The notes beneath the pieces are model-generated. The model was not told where the DNA came from, made no database searches, and saw only the letters and a program-made list of their open reading frames with translations. From positions 1-19,014 of the forward strand of contig DAOOUC010000012.1 of assembly GCA_035390665.1 (NCBI GenBank): a DNA stretch of 19,014 nucleotides. The letters are read 5' to 3'. The stretch is from an archaeon. Lineage in GTDB: Archaea > Iainarchaeota > Iainarchaeia > Iainarchaeales > CSSED10-239. The position numbers and the translations under genes are program-made. Positions 7,931 through 15,629 of this stretch are shown piece after piece. Position 1 is the first letter of the stretch. Each line of letters begins with the position of its first letter.

Positions 7931-10771
7931 TTATTTCTTTTCTAATAACTTTTTTAAAAACTCACCAGTATAACTTTTCTTTACCTTTGTGATTTCTTCA
8001 GGTGTTCCTTTGGCAATTATTTCTCCACCTTTTTCTCCACCTTCTGGTCCAAGGTCAATGATATAGTCTGCTGACTTTATGACATCAAGGTTGTGTTCAA
8101 TAACAACAACTGTGTTTCCTTTTTCTACAAGTCTGTTTAAAACATCAATAAGTTTTTTAACATCATGGAAATGAAGACCTGTTGTTGGCTCATCGAGAAG
8201 ATAGATGGTGTTACCTGTATCTCTTTTGGAAAGTTCTTTTGTTAATTTGATTCTTTGAGCTTCTCCACCCGAAAGAGTAACTGAACTTTGCCCAAGCTTA
8301 ATGTAACCAAGACCAACATCTACCAAGGTCTGTAACTTTCTTTTAATATTTGGATGATTTTCAAAGAAAAGATAAGCTTCATCAACAGACATGTTTAAGA
8401 CATCAGCAATGTTTTTTTTCTTGTATAAGATTTCAAGAGTCTCTGCATTATATCTTTTTCCTTTACATTCTTCACAGTCAACATAGATATCAGGCAAAAA
8501 ATTCATTTCAATCTTAATCTGTCCATCACCTTGACAGGCTTCACATCTTCCACCTTTAACATTAAAAGAAAATCTTCCAATATCATATCCTCTAAGTTTT
8601 GCATCATTAGTCATTGCAAACATTGTTCTGATATCATCAAATAACTTAGTGTATGTTGAGGGGTTTGATCGAGGAGTTCTTCCAATTGGCGATTGATCAA
8701 TAGAAATTACTTTGTCAATAGATTTTGGAACAATTATTTCTTTTACTTTACCAATATCCATTTTTGATTCATAAAATTTAGTCATCAAGTATGGATAGAG
8801 TGTTTCATAAACTAGAGAAGACTTCCCTGAACCAGAAACACCAGTAACACAAGTAAAAACTCCTGTTGGAATCTCTAAATTAATATTTTTAAGATTATTT
8901 TCTTGTGCTCCAAGAATTTTAACAAAATCTTTAGGTTGTCTTCTAATCTTTGGTGTGTGAATAAATTCTGTTCCTGCAAGATATTGACCTGTTAAAGACT
9001 TTTTATTTTTTTCAATTTCTGTAGGAGTGCCACAAGCAACAACTTCTCCACCATAGATTCCGGCCCCTGGGCCCATGTCAATAACATAGTCTGCTTGTCT
9101 TATGGTATCTTCATCATGTTCAACGACAACAACAGAATTACCAAGATCTCTTAATTTACAAAGAGTATCAATTAATTTTTGATTATCTCTTTGATGTAAA
9201 CCAATAGATGGTTCATCAAGAACATACAAGACCCCGGTTAAATTTGTTCCTAAATTTGTGGCTAACCGAATTCTTTGTGCTTCTCCTCCTGAAAGAGAGC
9301 CAGAAGCTCTTGAAAGTGTTAAATAACCAAGACCAACTTTTTCTAAAAACTCTAAACGAGAATTAATTTCTTTAAGAACATGTGCTGAAATTTCTTTTTG
9401 TTTATCATCAAGTTTTATTTTTTTAAAAAATTCACGGGCATTGGAGATTGAAAAATCAGATATGTCAATAATAGATTTATCACCAATCTTTACAGCTAAA
9501 ATTTTCCTTTTAAGCCTTTTACCAAGACAAGCAGGACAAGGAGAAGTTTTCATATACTTTTCCATATCTTGTCTTCTATAATCAGATTCTGTTTGTTTGT
9601 AAAGACGTTGAGATTGAGGAATTAATCCTTCCCAAGTACCTGTGTAATTAAAAGATGAAGTTCCATTTTTTCCTTCAAGATTAAAGGCAATATTGTCTTT
9701 TGAGCCATACATAATAATATTATATTGTTCTTTTGTTAAATCTTGAATTGGAGTCAAAGCTGAAAAACCATAATGTTTTGCTATTGTTGCTAGATGTTGT
9801 CCACGCCAACCATCCACTGCATTTCTATAAATCATTATTGCTCCGTCAGCAATTGACTTAGTTTTATCTGGAATTATTAAATCAGGATCAAAATCCATCT
9901 TAAAACCTAAACCAGAACACTCTTCACAAGCACCAAAAGGAGAATTAAAAGAAAACATTCTAGGCTGTAGTTCTTCAAAGGAAAGACCACAAACAGGACA
10001 AGACATCTTAGAAGAAAAAAGTTTTTCTTTTGCTTTGTCTTTGTTTTTTTCAAAATCTTTAACAGTTATTACTCTTAATAATCCATCTGATTTGTTTAGG
10101 CCTTGCTCTATGTCTTGATAAAGTCTTGTTCTGTCGTCACTTGGTATTATTCTATCAATAACAATATCAATATCATGCATTCTATATCTATCAATCTTTA
10201 TTTCTTCATCTGTCCTTGCAATTTCTCCGTTTATTCTTACTCTTAAGAAACCTTCTTTGTTTAGATCTGAGAATAATTTTTCATAAGTACCTTTTTTCTT
10301 TTGAACAATTGGAGAAAGAATGAAAATTTCGTCAGAGTATTCCTTTAAAATATTCTCTGTTATCTTTTGAGCAGATAAAGGTTGTATAGGGATATTGTGA
10401 TCAGGACAATAAGGAATTCCAATTCTTGCATAAAGCAAACGAAGATAATCATAAATCTCAGTAACTGTACCAACAGTTGAGCGAGGGTTCTTAGAAGTAC
10501 TCTTTTGTTCTATTGCAATTGCTGGAGACAACCCTTCTATAGAATCCACATCAGGTTTTTTCATAACCCCTAAGAACTGTCTAGCATAGGCAGATAAAGA
10601 CTCCATATATCTTCTTTGTCCGTCAGCATAGATGGTATCAAAAGCTAAAGTTGACTTTCCAGAACCTGATAGTCCAGTAATCACTACAAGCTGATCTCTA
10701 GGTATCTCTACATCAATGTTTTTTAGATTGTGCTCTCTGGCACCCTTTATTATAATACTTTTATAAGCCAT
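7931..10771 (-). CDS. uvrA: Excinuclease ABC subunit A
   Basis: 946 aa. Two Walker A sites (GLSGSGKST and GVSGSGKSS), two ABC signatures (LSGGEAQR twice) and zinc modules (CPVCG...CEECSGLG and CEACQGDG...CEECKGKRY). The N-terminal IKGAREHNLKNI is also typical of UvrA. Confidence 0.97.
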   Translation of the reverse strand: MAYKSIIIKGAREHNLKNIDVEIPRDQLVVITGLSGSGKSTLAFDTIYADGQRRYMESLSAYARQFLGVMKKPDVDSIEGLSPAIAIEQKSTSKNPRSTVGTVTEIYDYLRLLYARIGIPYCPDHNIPIQPLSAQKITENILKEYSDEIFILSPIVQKKKGTYEKLFSDLNKEGFLRVRINGEIARTDEEIKIDRYRMHDIDIVIDRIIPSDDRTRLYQDIEQGLNKSDGLLRVITVKDFEKNKDKAKEKLFSSKMSCPVCGLSFEELQPRMFSFNSPFGACEECSGLGFKMDFDPDLIIPDKTKSIADGAIMIYRNAVDGWRGQHLATIAKHYGFSALTPIQDLTKEQYNIIMYGSKDNIAFNLEGKNGTSSFNYTGTWEGLIPQSQRLYKQTESDYRRQDMEKYMKTSPCPACLGKRLKRKILAVKIGDKSIIDISDFSISNAREFFKKIKLDDKQKEISAHVLKEINSRLEFLEKVGLGYLTLSRASGSLSGGEAQRIRLATNLGTNLTGVLYVLDEPSIGLHQRDNQKLIDTLCKLRDLGNSVVVVEHDEDTIRQADYVIDMGPGAGIYGGEVVACGTPTEIEKNKKSLTGQYLAGTEFIHTPKIRRQPKDFVKILGAQENNLKNINLEIPTGVFTCVTGVSGSGKSSLVYETLYPYLMTKFYESKMDIGKVKEIIVPKSIDKVISIDQSPIGRTPRSNPSTYTKLFDDIRTMFAMTNDAKLRGYDIGRFSFNVKGGRCEACQGDGQIKIEMNFLPDIYVDCEECKGKRYNAETLEILYKKKNIADVLNMSVDEAYLFFENHPNIKRKLQTLVDVGLGYIKLGQSSVTLSGGEAQRIKLTKELSKRDTGNTIYLLDEPTTGLHFHDVKKLIDVLNRLVEKGNTVVVIEHNLDVIKSADYIIDLGPEGGEKGGEIIAKGTPEEITKVKKSYTGEFLKKLLEKK

Positions 10772-10859
10772 AGTAGGTCTTGTTTAATTTTTTAAAAAAT
10801 ATAAAGTTAGAATATATAATTAAATAATAAAGATGTTTTAAAGGTAATCCTTTGAAGCA

Positions 10860-10879
10860 TTTTCCTGACGTCAAGAAAA
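10860..10879. promoter_or_regulatory. Near-perfect 20-bp palindrome TTTTCCTGACGTCAAGAAAA with a TGACGTCA core
   Basis: There is one mismatched pair out of ten. It lies 5 nt beyond the stop of the 81-aa ORF and about 90-108 nt upstream of the uvrA ATG. A second small hairpin, AAAGG-TAAT-CCTTT, sits at 10840-10853. Confidence 0.3.
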
Positions 10880-10883
10880 TGGT

Positions 10884-11129
10884 TTATTTAGCTTTGTGTT
10901 TCTTCAAAGATTCACCTACTGGTATTGAATTTATTATTTTTTGGTTCTTAATAAAAACCAATAATTTTTGCAATACCTCATTTAATTTTTCCTTATATTC
11001 AATTAATTCTTTTTCAACTAGAAGCTGTCGTCTTTCAAGGTGTTCTAACCGTTTTAGAATAATTTGTTCGTCGACGTTGAATATTCCGTCTGGAGCAGTT
11101 TCTATTTCTTTTACAACTTTTTTTTTCAT
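10884..11129 (-). CDS. Small (81 aa) coiled-coil protein downstream of dinD
   Basis: The reverse-strand sequence CGGAGGAATAAAATATG provides a GGAGG Shine-Dalgarno ahead of the ATG. Heptad-like charged sequence LKRLEHLERRQLLVEKELIEYKEKLNEVLQKLL. The competing + strand ORF 10852-11163 is F/S/C-rich and looks spurious. Confidence 0.6.
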   Translation of the reverse strand: MKKKVVKEIETAPDGIFNVDEQIILKRLEHLERRQLLVEKELIEYKEKLNEVLQKLLVFIKNQKIINSIPVGESLKKHKAK

Positions 11130-11148
11130 ATTTTATTCCTCCGTTTTT

Positions 11149-11973
11149 TTATTTACCTATTAATTTTTTATCTTCAGAGTTAATTTTTCTTTCAAGTTTT
11201 TTGATATCTTCTGCTGGTGGCAAATTTTCTGGCTTAATTCCGCTTTTACCAAGAACTTCTCTAACATCTTTGTTATTTTTCACGTGTTCGTATGTGATTT
11301 TAGGTTCTCCGTGAAGATCTTCTTTTTTAACATTAAAGTTTGTTATTTCAGTTGCTAGGTCTTTAGCTTTAATTGTAATTGTGGGTAAAAACTCAGCTAA
11401 TGGTCTGTTAGCTGGAACATTAAGCTTTTGTTTCATATCTTGAGTATTGTAACCACCAAATAAAGCCCAATCGCCTTTGCTTCTTATTCTTGCAAAGCCA
11501 TCTCTATCAACTCCTCTTTCATATATTAGTTTAGATAATTCAGTTTCTGTTTCTGTAAGTTTATTCCTTGCAACTATTCTTTCAATCAATTCTAATCTTT
11601 GTTCAACAAGTTCTTGTTTTCTAGTTTGTAATGCAAAATAGCTTTGAGCAAAAGCAATTACTTCCTTTCTTGGATCTCCGTTTTGAGCAATTAAGTAACA
11701 AGCATATCTTGTAAGTAAAATATCATCAATTCCTCTAGTTCCCCCTTTCCCTAAACCTATCATTTTGTTGACGTCAACAAAATGATCCGATATGCTTTGT
11801 TTAGCGTTTTTACAGGACTCTTTTGCTTTATCAATTACTTGATTAAAGTTTCTCCATTCGTTATAATCCAGAAGTTTTTGTAAATCTCTTGCATACCAAT
11901 ATTCCACCTCTTTCTCTTTATGAACATAGTCTTCAAAAGACTTTTGTAGTTTTCCAATAATTAGTTTATCCAT
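11149..11973 (-). CDS. dinD: DNA-damage-inducible protein D homologue (DinD family)
   Basis: [32 protein letters not shown]...SDHF...[36 protein letters not shown] closely matches the conserved DinD core as I remember it from E. coli DinD. The 274-aa length is also similar. GGTGAT lies upstream of the ATG. Confidence 0.8.
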   Translation of the reverse strand: MDKLIIGKLQKSFEDYVHKEKEVEYWYARDLQKLLDYNEWRNFNQVIDKAKESCKNAKQSISDHFVDVNKMIGLGKGGTRGIDDILLTRYACYLIAQNGDPRKEVIAFAQSYFALQTRKQELVEQRLELIERIVARNKLTETETELSKLIYERGVDRDGFARIRSKGDWALFGGYNTQDMKQKLNVPANRPLAEFLPTITIKAKDLATEITNFNVKKEDLHGEPKITYEHVKNNKDVREVLGKSGIKPENLPPAEDIKKLERKINSEDKKLIGK

Positions 11974-12005
11974 ATTCTAATCACCAATAATATATTGTAG
12001 TACAA

Positions 12006-12130
12006 GCGGGGGTTGTTTTCGGGGGGGTAGCTGTCCAGTGGAACCCCTTTAAAAAAGGTGTTGCGATCCCAAAACGAACTATGCTGGTTGCGCTCAGGCT
12101 CGCGCGCAATATTTCTTTGTTGTTTTTTTG
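12006..12130. ncRNA. GC-rich island, candidate structured RNA (independent small RNA on + or dinD 5' leader on -)
   Basis: I counted 59 G+C in 102 nt (12006-12107), in an otherwise very AT-rich window. Nested helices are GTTTT-c-GGG (12015-12023) with CCCAAAAC (12068-12075), and GGGGT (12024-12028) with ACCCC (12043-12047). A third helix pairs TTGCGC (12088-12093) with GCGCAA (12104-12109) and is followed by a T-rich tract. There is no ORF. Confidence 0.4.
12088..12129 (+). terminator. GC hairpin plus T-tract (intrinsic-terminator-like) at the 3' end of the GC island
   Basis: TTGCGC-tcaggctcgc-GCGCAA is followed by TATTTCTTTGTTGTTTTTTT, which includes a 7-T run at 12123-12129. This only makes sense for a + strand transcript. 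Confidence 0.35.
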
Positions 12131-12202
12131 AGAATTAGGTATATAAAAATTTCAATTTTACAAAATACTATTTTTTAAATTCTTTTATTTCTAGTTAATT
12201 AT

Positions 12203-13003
12203 ATGGTTGAATTAAAATTTAAAATTGATAAAGAAGACGATATTAATATCTGGTTAAAATTTCTAAATAATTCAAATAAAGCAAATAGTTTTGGTAGAGA
12301 TAGACTATCTAATCTTCCTAAGGATTTTCTAGATAAAGTTATAGATAAACCAGAATCTGAACAAAGAGAAATAATTTCTAATTATATAGAGCAATACTAT
12401 ACAGAAAAACACTTAATCAAATTTAAAGTAGAATCTTTTAATAAAGTTAAAGAAAATCTAGACAAGATAATAGAAAGGCTTGAGAAGCTACATAACAGAA
12501 AACTACCAGTAAATAAAATTATAGTAAAGTATGAAACCTTTACTTGTTGTCCCTATATGTGGAGAGGGAAAGAATCAGATTGGTTTGGTTTATATTTTGC
12601 AACATATGTTTTAGATCAAGATAGTCAGATTCTAGTTTTTTGTCATGAAGTAATGCATCTTTTTTTCCATTATTATTACTTTGATTATTGTTTAGAGAAA
12701 GGATTAAATGAAAAACAAACAATGGATCTAAAAGAAGCAGTAACAGTTCTTCTCAACTATGAATTAACAGACATTATAGACAAGAAGGATTATGGTCATC
12801 CAAGTCATAAGCAACTTAGAATTCAACTTGTAGAAATCTGGAACTCTATGGAAGAAAAAGATTTTCAATTGCTTTTAGATAAAGCAATAGATAATATGAA
12901 AGGAAAAGATAATTCTAATCAAGATAAAGATTCGCCATCAAGAAAACCAGAGAAAATAATTAAATGTTTACCAACAAAAGAAGAACTAAAGAGATTAATT
13001 TAG
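12203..13003 (+). CDS. Hypothetical protein with an HExxH zinc-metallopeptidase-like motif
   Basis: ILVFCHEVMHLFFH contains HEVMH at 12644-12658, with Glu candidates 14-27 residues downstream (LEKG, LKEAV). I recognised no other family signature. The C-terminal tail is low-complexity and K/D/S-rich. Confidence 0.55.
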   Translation: MVELKFKIDKEDDINIWLKFLNNSNKANSFGRDRLSNLPKDFLDKVIDKPESEQREIISNYIEQYYTEKHLIKFKVESFNKVKENLDKIIERLEKLHNRKLPVNKIIVKYETFTCCPYMWRGKESDWFGLYFATYVLDQDSQILVFCHEVMHLFFHYYYFDYCLEKGLNEKQTMDLKEAVTVLLNYELTDIIDKKDYGHPSHKQLRIQLVEIWNSMEEKDFQLLLDKAIDNMKGKDNSNQDKDSPSRKPEKIIKCLPTKEELKRLI

Positions 13004-13500
13004 TTTTTTTTCTTTAATTCTTTTGCAAGTTTCTCAATCTTTTTCAAGTCTGCCTGTGGTCCATCGTTTGACATTAGGTAGCCAGGATAACTCTTGAAGA
13101 AATCTTCTCTTCCACTTGGGCATTGCTTCCATTTACCTTTTCCTTTAAGGTAAGGGGTATCGTGCATTGGAATTAACTTGATATGTGCATGATTAATACC
13201 TGTTCCTTCCATAATTAATCCCACACGACCAACATTAGGATAATGTTTAAGAAGAATCTTAGATACTTTCTTACTTCTAAGAATAAACTTTTCTAAAAAC
13301 TTATCAGGTAAACTAAGAACATCACTACTATAATGTTTCTTAGGAATAACTACAGTAAATCCTTCAGTGTTTGGATAGATGGAAAGAAAAGCCATAAACT
13401 CCTTATCCTCCCAGAAAATTCCAGGAGTGTGAAAGTTACCTTTAGCTATTTCACAAAAAACACATTTCCCTTTTTCAGTTGTTGATTTATAGTTTGCCAT
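13000..13500 (-). CDS. HIT (histidine triad) family protein with a variant H-x-H-x-K motif
   Basis: The start is reset to MANYK (ATG at 13498-13500). CVFCEIAKG...FMAFLSIYPNTEGFTVVIPKKHY is a typical HIT N-terminal half. The triad region is GINHAHIKLIP (13177-13191). Confidence 0.8.
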   Translation of the reverse strand: MANYKSTTEKGKCVFCEIAKGNFHTPGIFWEDKEFMAFLSIYPNTEGFTVVIPKKHYSSDVLSLPDKFLEKFILRSKKVSKILLKHYPNVGRVGLIMEGTGINHAHIKLIPMHDTPYLKGKGKWKQCPSGREDFFKSYPGYLMSNDGPQADLKKIEKLAKELKKKN

Positions 13501-13513
13501 ATTTTTTTCACAT

Positions 13514-14275
13514 TTATTTTTTCCTACAAACATAAATTGTCCAAAGAGGATATTTAGAATGATGCGCATACTTTTCAGGATATCTATTCTTAAAACTTTT
13601 AATTGGATAACAATCAACAAGATCTATTAATTCAAGATGGTTTTTAATCAATGCTCTTAAATGAATATGAATTGGATACCAGTAACATTTAATATTCATT
13701 CCAGGAAGCCATTCAACATTTTCTAATCTCCCATTTTGACCAAGAAATATTGTTTTATTTCTTTTTTTATCAATAAATTTACCTACCCCTCTTATCTTAT
13801 AATTATTATCCTCATAGTCTTCTCTAACACAAGCAACAGGACTATTGTAAGAATAATAAAGTATTCCGCCTTTCTTTAAGATTCTATTTATTTCTTTATA
13901 TGCAAGATTTAGATCCGCAATATAATCAAGAATAAGAGAACAAGTAACAACATCAAAGGAATTAGATTTATATGGAAGCTTAGTAACTGTTCCTACTTTA
14001 AACTCTACTTTTGGATTATTCTTCTTAGCCATTTCTATCATAGTTTCGCTAATGTCTATACCTGAACATTTTGCACCTTTCTTAGAATAAGCTTTAATAT
14101 GTATGCCAGCACCACAACCAATATCAAGAAGATTTTTTCCTTTTATATTTTTAACAGCCTTTAACATATTTGGGATTTCAACATACTCGTTGTAATATCT
14201 TTTCTTTTGATATTCTTCTCCAAAGTTATTATACATTTTTTTAGTATTTTCTTCTAAATTAATTTTTTTAACCAT
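13514..14275 (-). CDS. Class I SAM-dependent methyltransferase (Methyltransf_11-like)
   Basis: LLDIGCGAGIHIKAYSKKGAKCSGIDISETMIEMAKKN, then FDVVTCSLILDYI and LKKGGILYYS. Confidence 0.85.
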   Translation of the reverse strand: MVKKINLEENTKKMYNNFGEEYQKKRYYNEYVEIPNMLKAVKNIKGKNLLDIGCGAGIHIKAYSKKGAKCSGIDISETMIEMAKKNNPKVEFKVGTVTKLPYKSNSFDVVTCSLILDYIADLNLAYKEINRILKKGGILYYSYNSPVACVREDYEDNNYKIRGVGKFIDKKRNKTIFLGQNGRLENVEWLPGMNIKCYWYPIHIHLRALIKNHLELIDLVDCYPIKSFKNRYPEKYAHHSKYPLWTIYVCRKK

Positions 14276-14348
14276 AAATAATAATTACATAGATAGATTT
14301 TAAATATTGTGTATCTAATATTATATATAACTGAAAGGATTAAATTTT

Positions 14349-15629
14349 ATGACAATTGAATCTTGTGCAGATGTTATTTCTCTTTATAATGGTAAACTTG
14401 TTCTTGTCAATAGACTGAAAATTCCAAAAGGACTAGCAATTCCTGGTGGAAGACTTGAAGTGAATGAAAGCTTAGAGGATTGTGCTCTAAGAGAGTTTAG
14501 AGAAGAAACAGGTCTTAATCTTAAAATACATAAACAACTAGGAACTTATTCTAATCCAAGCAGAGACCCAAGAGGGCAAAAGGTTTCTACTACTTTTATT
14601 GGAGAAGCTTTTGGAAAGATTAAGAATGAAAAAGATAAGACTAAAGTAATATTACTTAAACTAGAAGAAATTGAAAAAAACAAAAAGTTTTTTGTTTTTG
14701 ATCATTATCAGATTATTCAGGATTTTCTTAAATCAGAAGGAATTGTTTTACTAAAGGAAGATAAAAAAGCAAAAACAATATTTAGTTTTTCAATAAATAA
14801 TAATTTCTTTGGAAAAGTAGTTAGTGATAAGAAATTAAACTTTGGTAATAAAGAAAGACTACTATTAGATGCATATGTTCCAGGTATTAAAATAATTTCA
14901 AATATTAAGAACTATGATTTGATAATAAAACACAAAGAATCTAATACTCAAAAACTAATTGTAAATCCAGGAAATATTGAAATCTATGGAGATTGGAAAG
15001 GAAAGATTTCTTTAGATCTATATCATTTAATCTATGGTGTTTCTAGAAAACATTACTTGGAAAATAATCTTTATTCTGTGCATTCTGCTTGTGCAGGTAT
15101 TAATAAAAATCTAAAATTAATTGTGGGCCACACAGGTTGTGGTAAAACCACAGTTCTACTTGAATTAATAAAGAAAAAATATAAGATGGTTTCTGGAAAT
15201 AAAACAATTGTGAGTATAGATAACGATAAGATGTGTGCAATCTCAGGAACAAAAACAATAACCACACTAATAAGCACAAATTTAAATAATGCAATAAAAT
15301 ATGCAGATAGAACTGCATTTCAATTAAAGAAAAATCAATATCTTAATTCTGGAGAAGTAAAATCCATATTTGTTATTAATATTAACAATTATAATCACAT
15401 AGAAAAATTATCAAAGCCTAGTGCTTTATACAGAATATATCCTTATTTTTTAGATACTGTTAATGCAGACACTATCTATGGTGAAACTCTAATAGATGGA
15501 ACAGTAACTAATAAAATAAAAGAAACATTAGTTAAGAAATTAAAAAAAGCATTAACAAAAATTAATGTTTACTTGATATCAGGATCAATAGAATATATAA
15601 CTAATAAGATTATAGAGTTGAAAAAATGA
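14349..15629 (+). CDS. Fusion protein: N-terminal NUDIX hydrolase domain plus C-terminal HprK-like P-loop domain
   Basis: A perfect Nudix box, GRLEVNESLEDCALREFREETGL (residues 34-56, nt 14448-14516), fits GX5EX7REUXEEXGU. The Walker A GHTGCGKTT is at nt 15126-15152. Its context, VHSACAGINKNLKLIVGHTGCGKTTVLLELIKKKYKMVSGN, aligns without gaps to the HPr kinase/phosphorylase P-loop region as I recall it. Confidence 0.75.
   Translation: MTIESCADVISLYNGKLVLVNRLKIPKGLAIPGGRLEVNESLEDCALREFREETGLNLKIHKQLGTYSNPSRDPRGQKVSTTFIGEAFGKIKNEKDKTKVILLKLEEIEKNKKFFVFDHYQIIQDFLKSEGIVLLKEDKKAKTIFSFSINNNFFGKVVSDKKLNFGNKERLLLDAYVPGIKIISNIKNYDLIIKHKESNTQKLIVNPGNIEIYGDWKGKISLDLYHLIYGVSRKHYLENNLYSVHSACAGINKNLKLIVGHTGCGKTTVLLELIKKKYKMVSGNKTIVSIDNDKMCAISGTKTITTLISTNLNNAIKYADRTAFQLKKNQYLNSGEVKSIFVININNYNHIEKLSKPSALYRIYPYFLDTVNADTIYGETLIDGTVTNKIKETLVKKLKKALTKINVYLISGSIEYITNKIIELKK

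Noticed and set aside
10852-11163. 103-aa + strand ORF opposite the 81-aa coiled-coil ORF
   Set aside because: It is F/S/C-rich low-complexity sequence with no ribosome-binding site. The - strand ORF has a GGAGG site, sensible coiled-coil composition and operon context with dinD.
12006-12110. tRNA, C/D-box or H/ACA sRNA in the GC-rich island
   Set aside because: On neither strand could I build a 7-bp acceptor stem with a matching 3' end, a D-arm or a GTTCRANNC-type T-loop. There is no RUGAUGA C box, and no ACA box directly follows the basal helix. I therefore kept it only as an unclassified structured-RNA candidate.
12540-12722. 60-aa antisense ORF inside the HExxH gene
   Set aside because: Short, embedded, N/L-rich, with no signals.
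13501-13620. N-terminal 40-codon extension of the HIT ORF (start at 13620)
   Set aside because: It would overlap the upstream methyltransferase gene by 107 bp, and the extension is hydrophobic nonsense. The internal ATG at 13498-13500 gives the canonical HIT N-terminus and a 13-bp intergenic gap.
14276-14348. Assigning specific BRE/TATA promoter elements in the AT-rich divergent intergenic regions (also 4504-4563)
   Set aside because: TATA-like strings are everywhere at this base composition. Without transcript start data, any single call would be arbitrary.
15071-15318. Two overlapping antisense ORFs (68 and 72 aa) inside the NUDIX::P-loop gene
   Set aside because: Both lie opposite the region encoding the Walker A motif, and their hydrophobic low-complexity sequence is a composition artefact.
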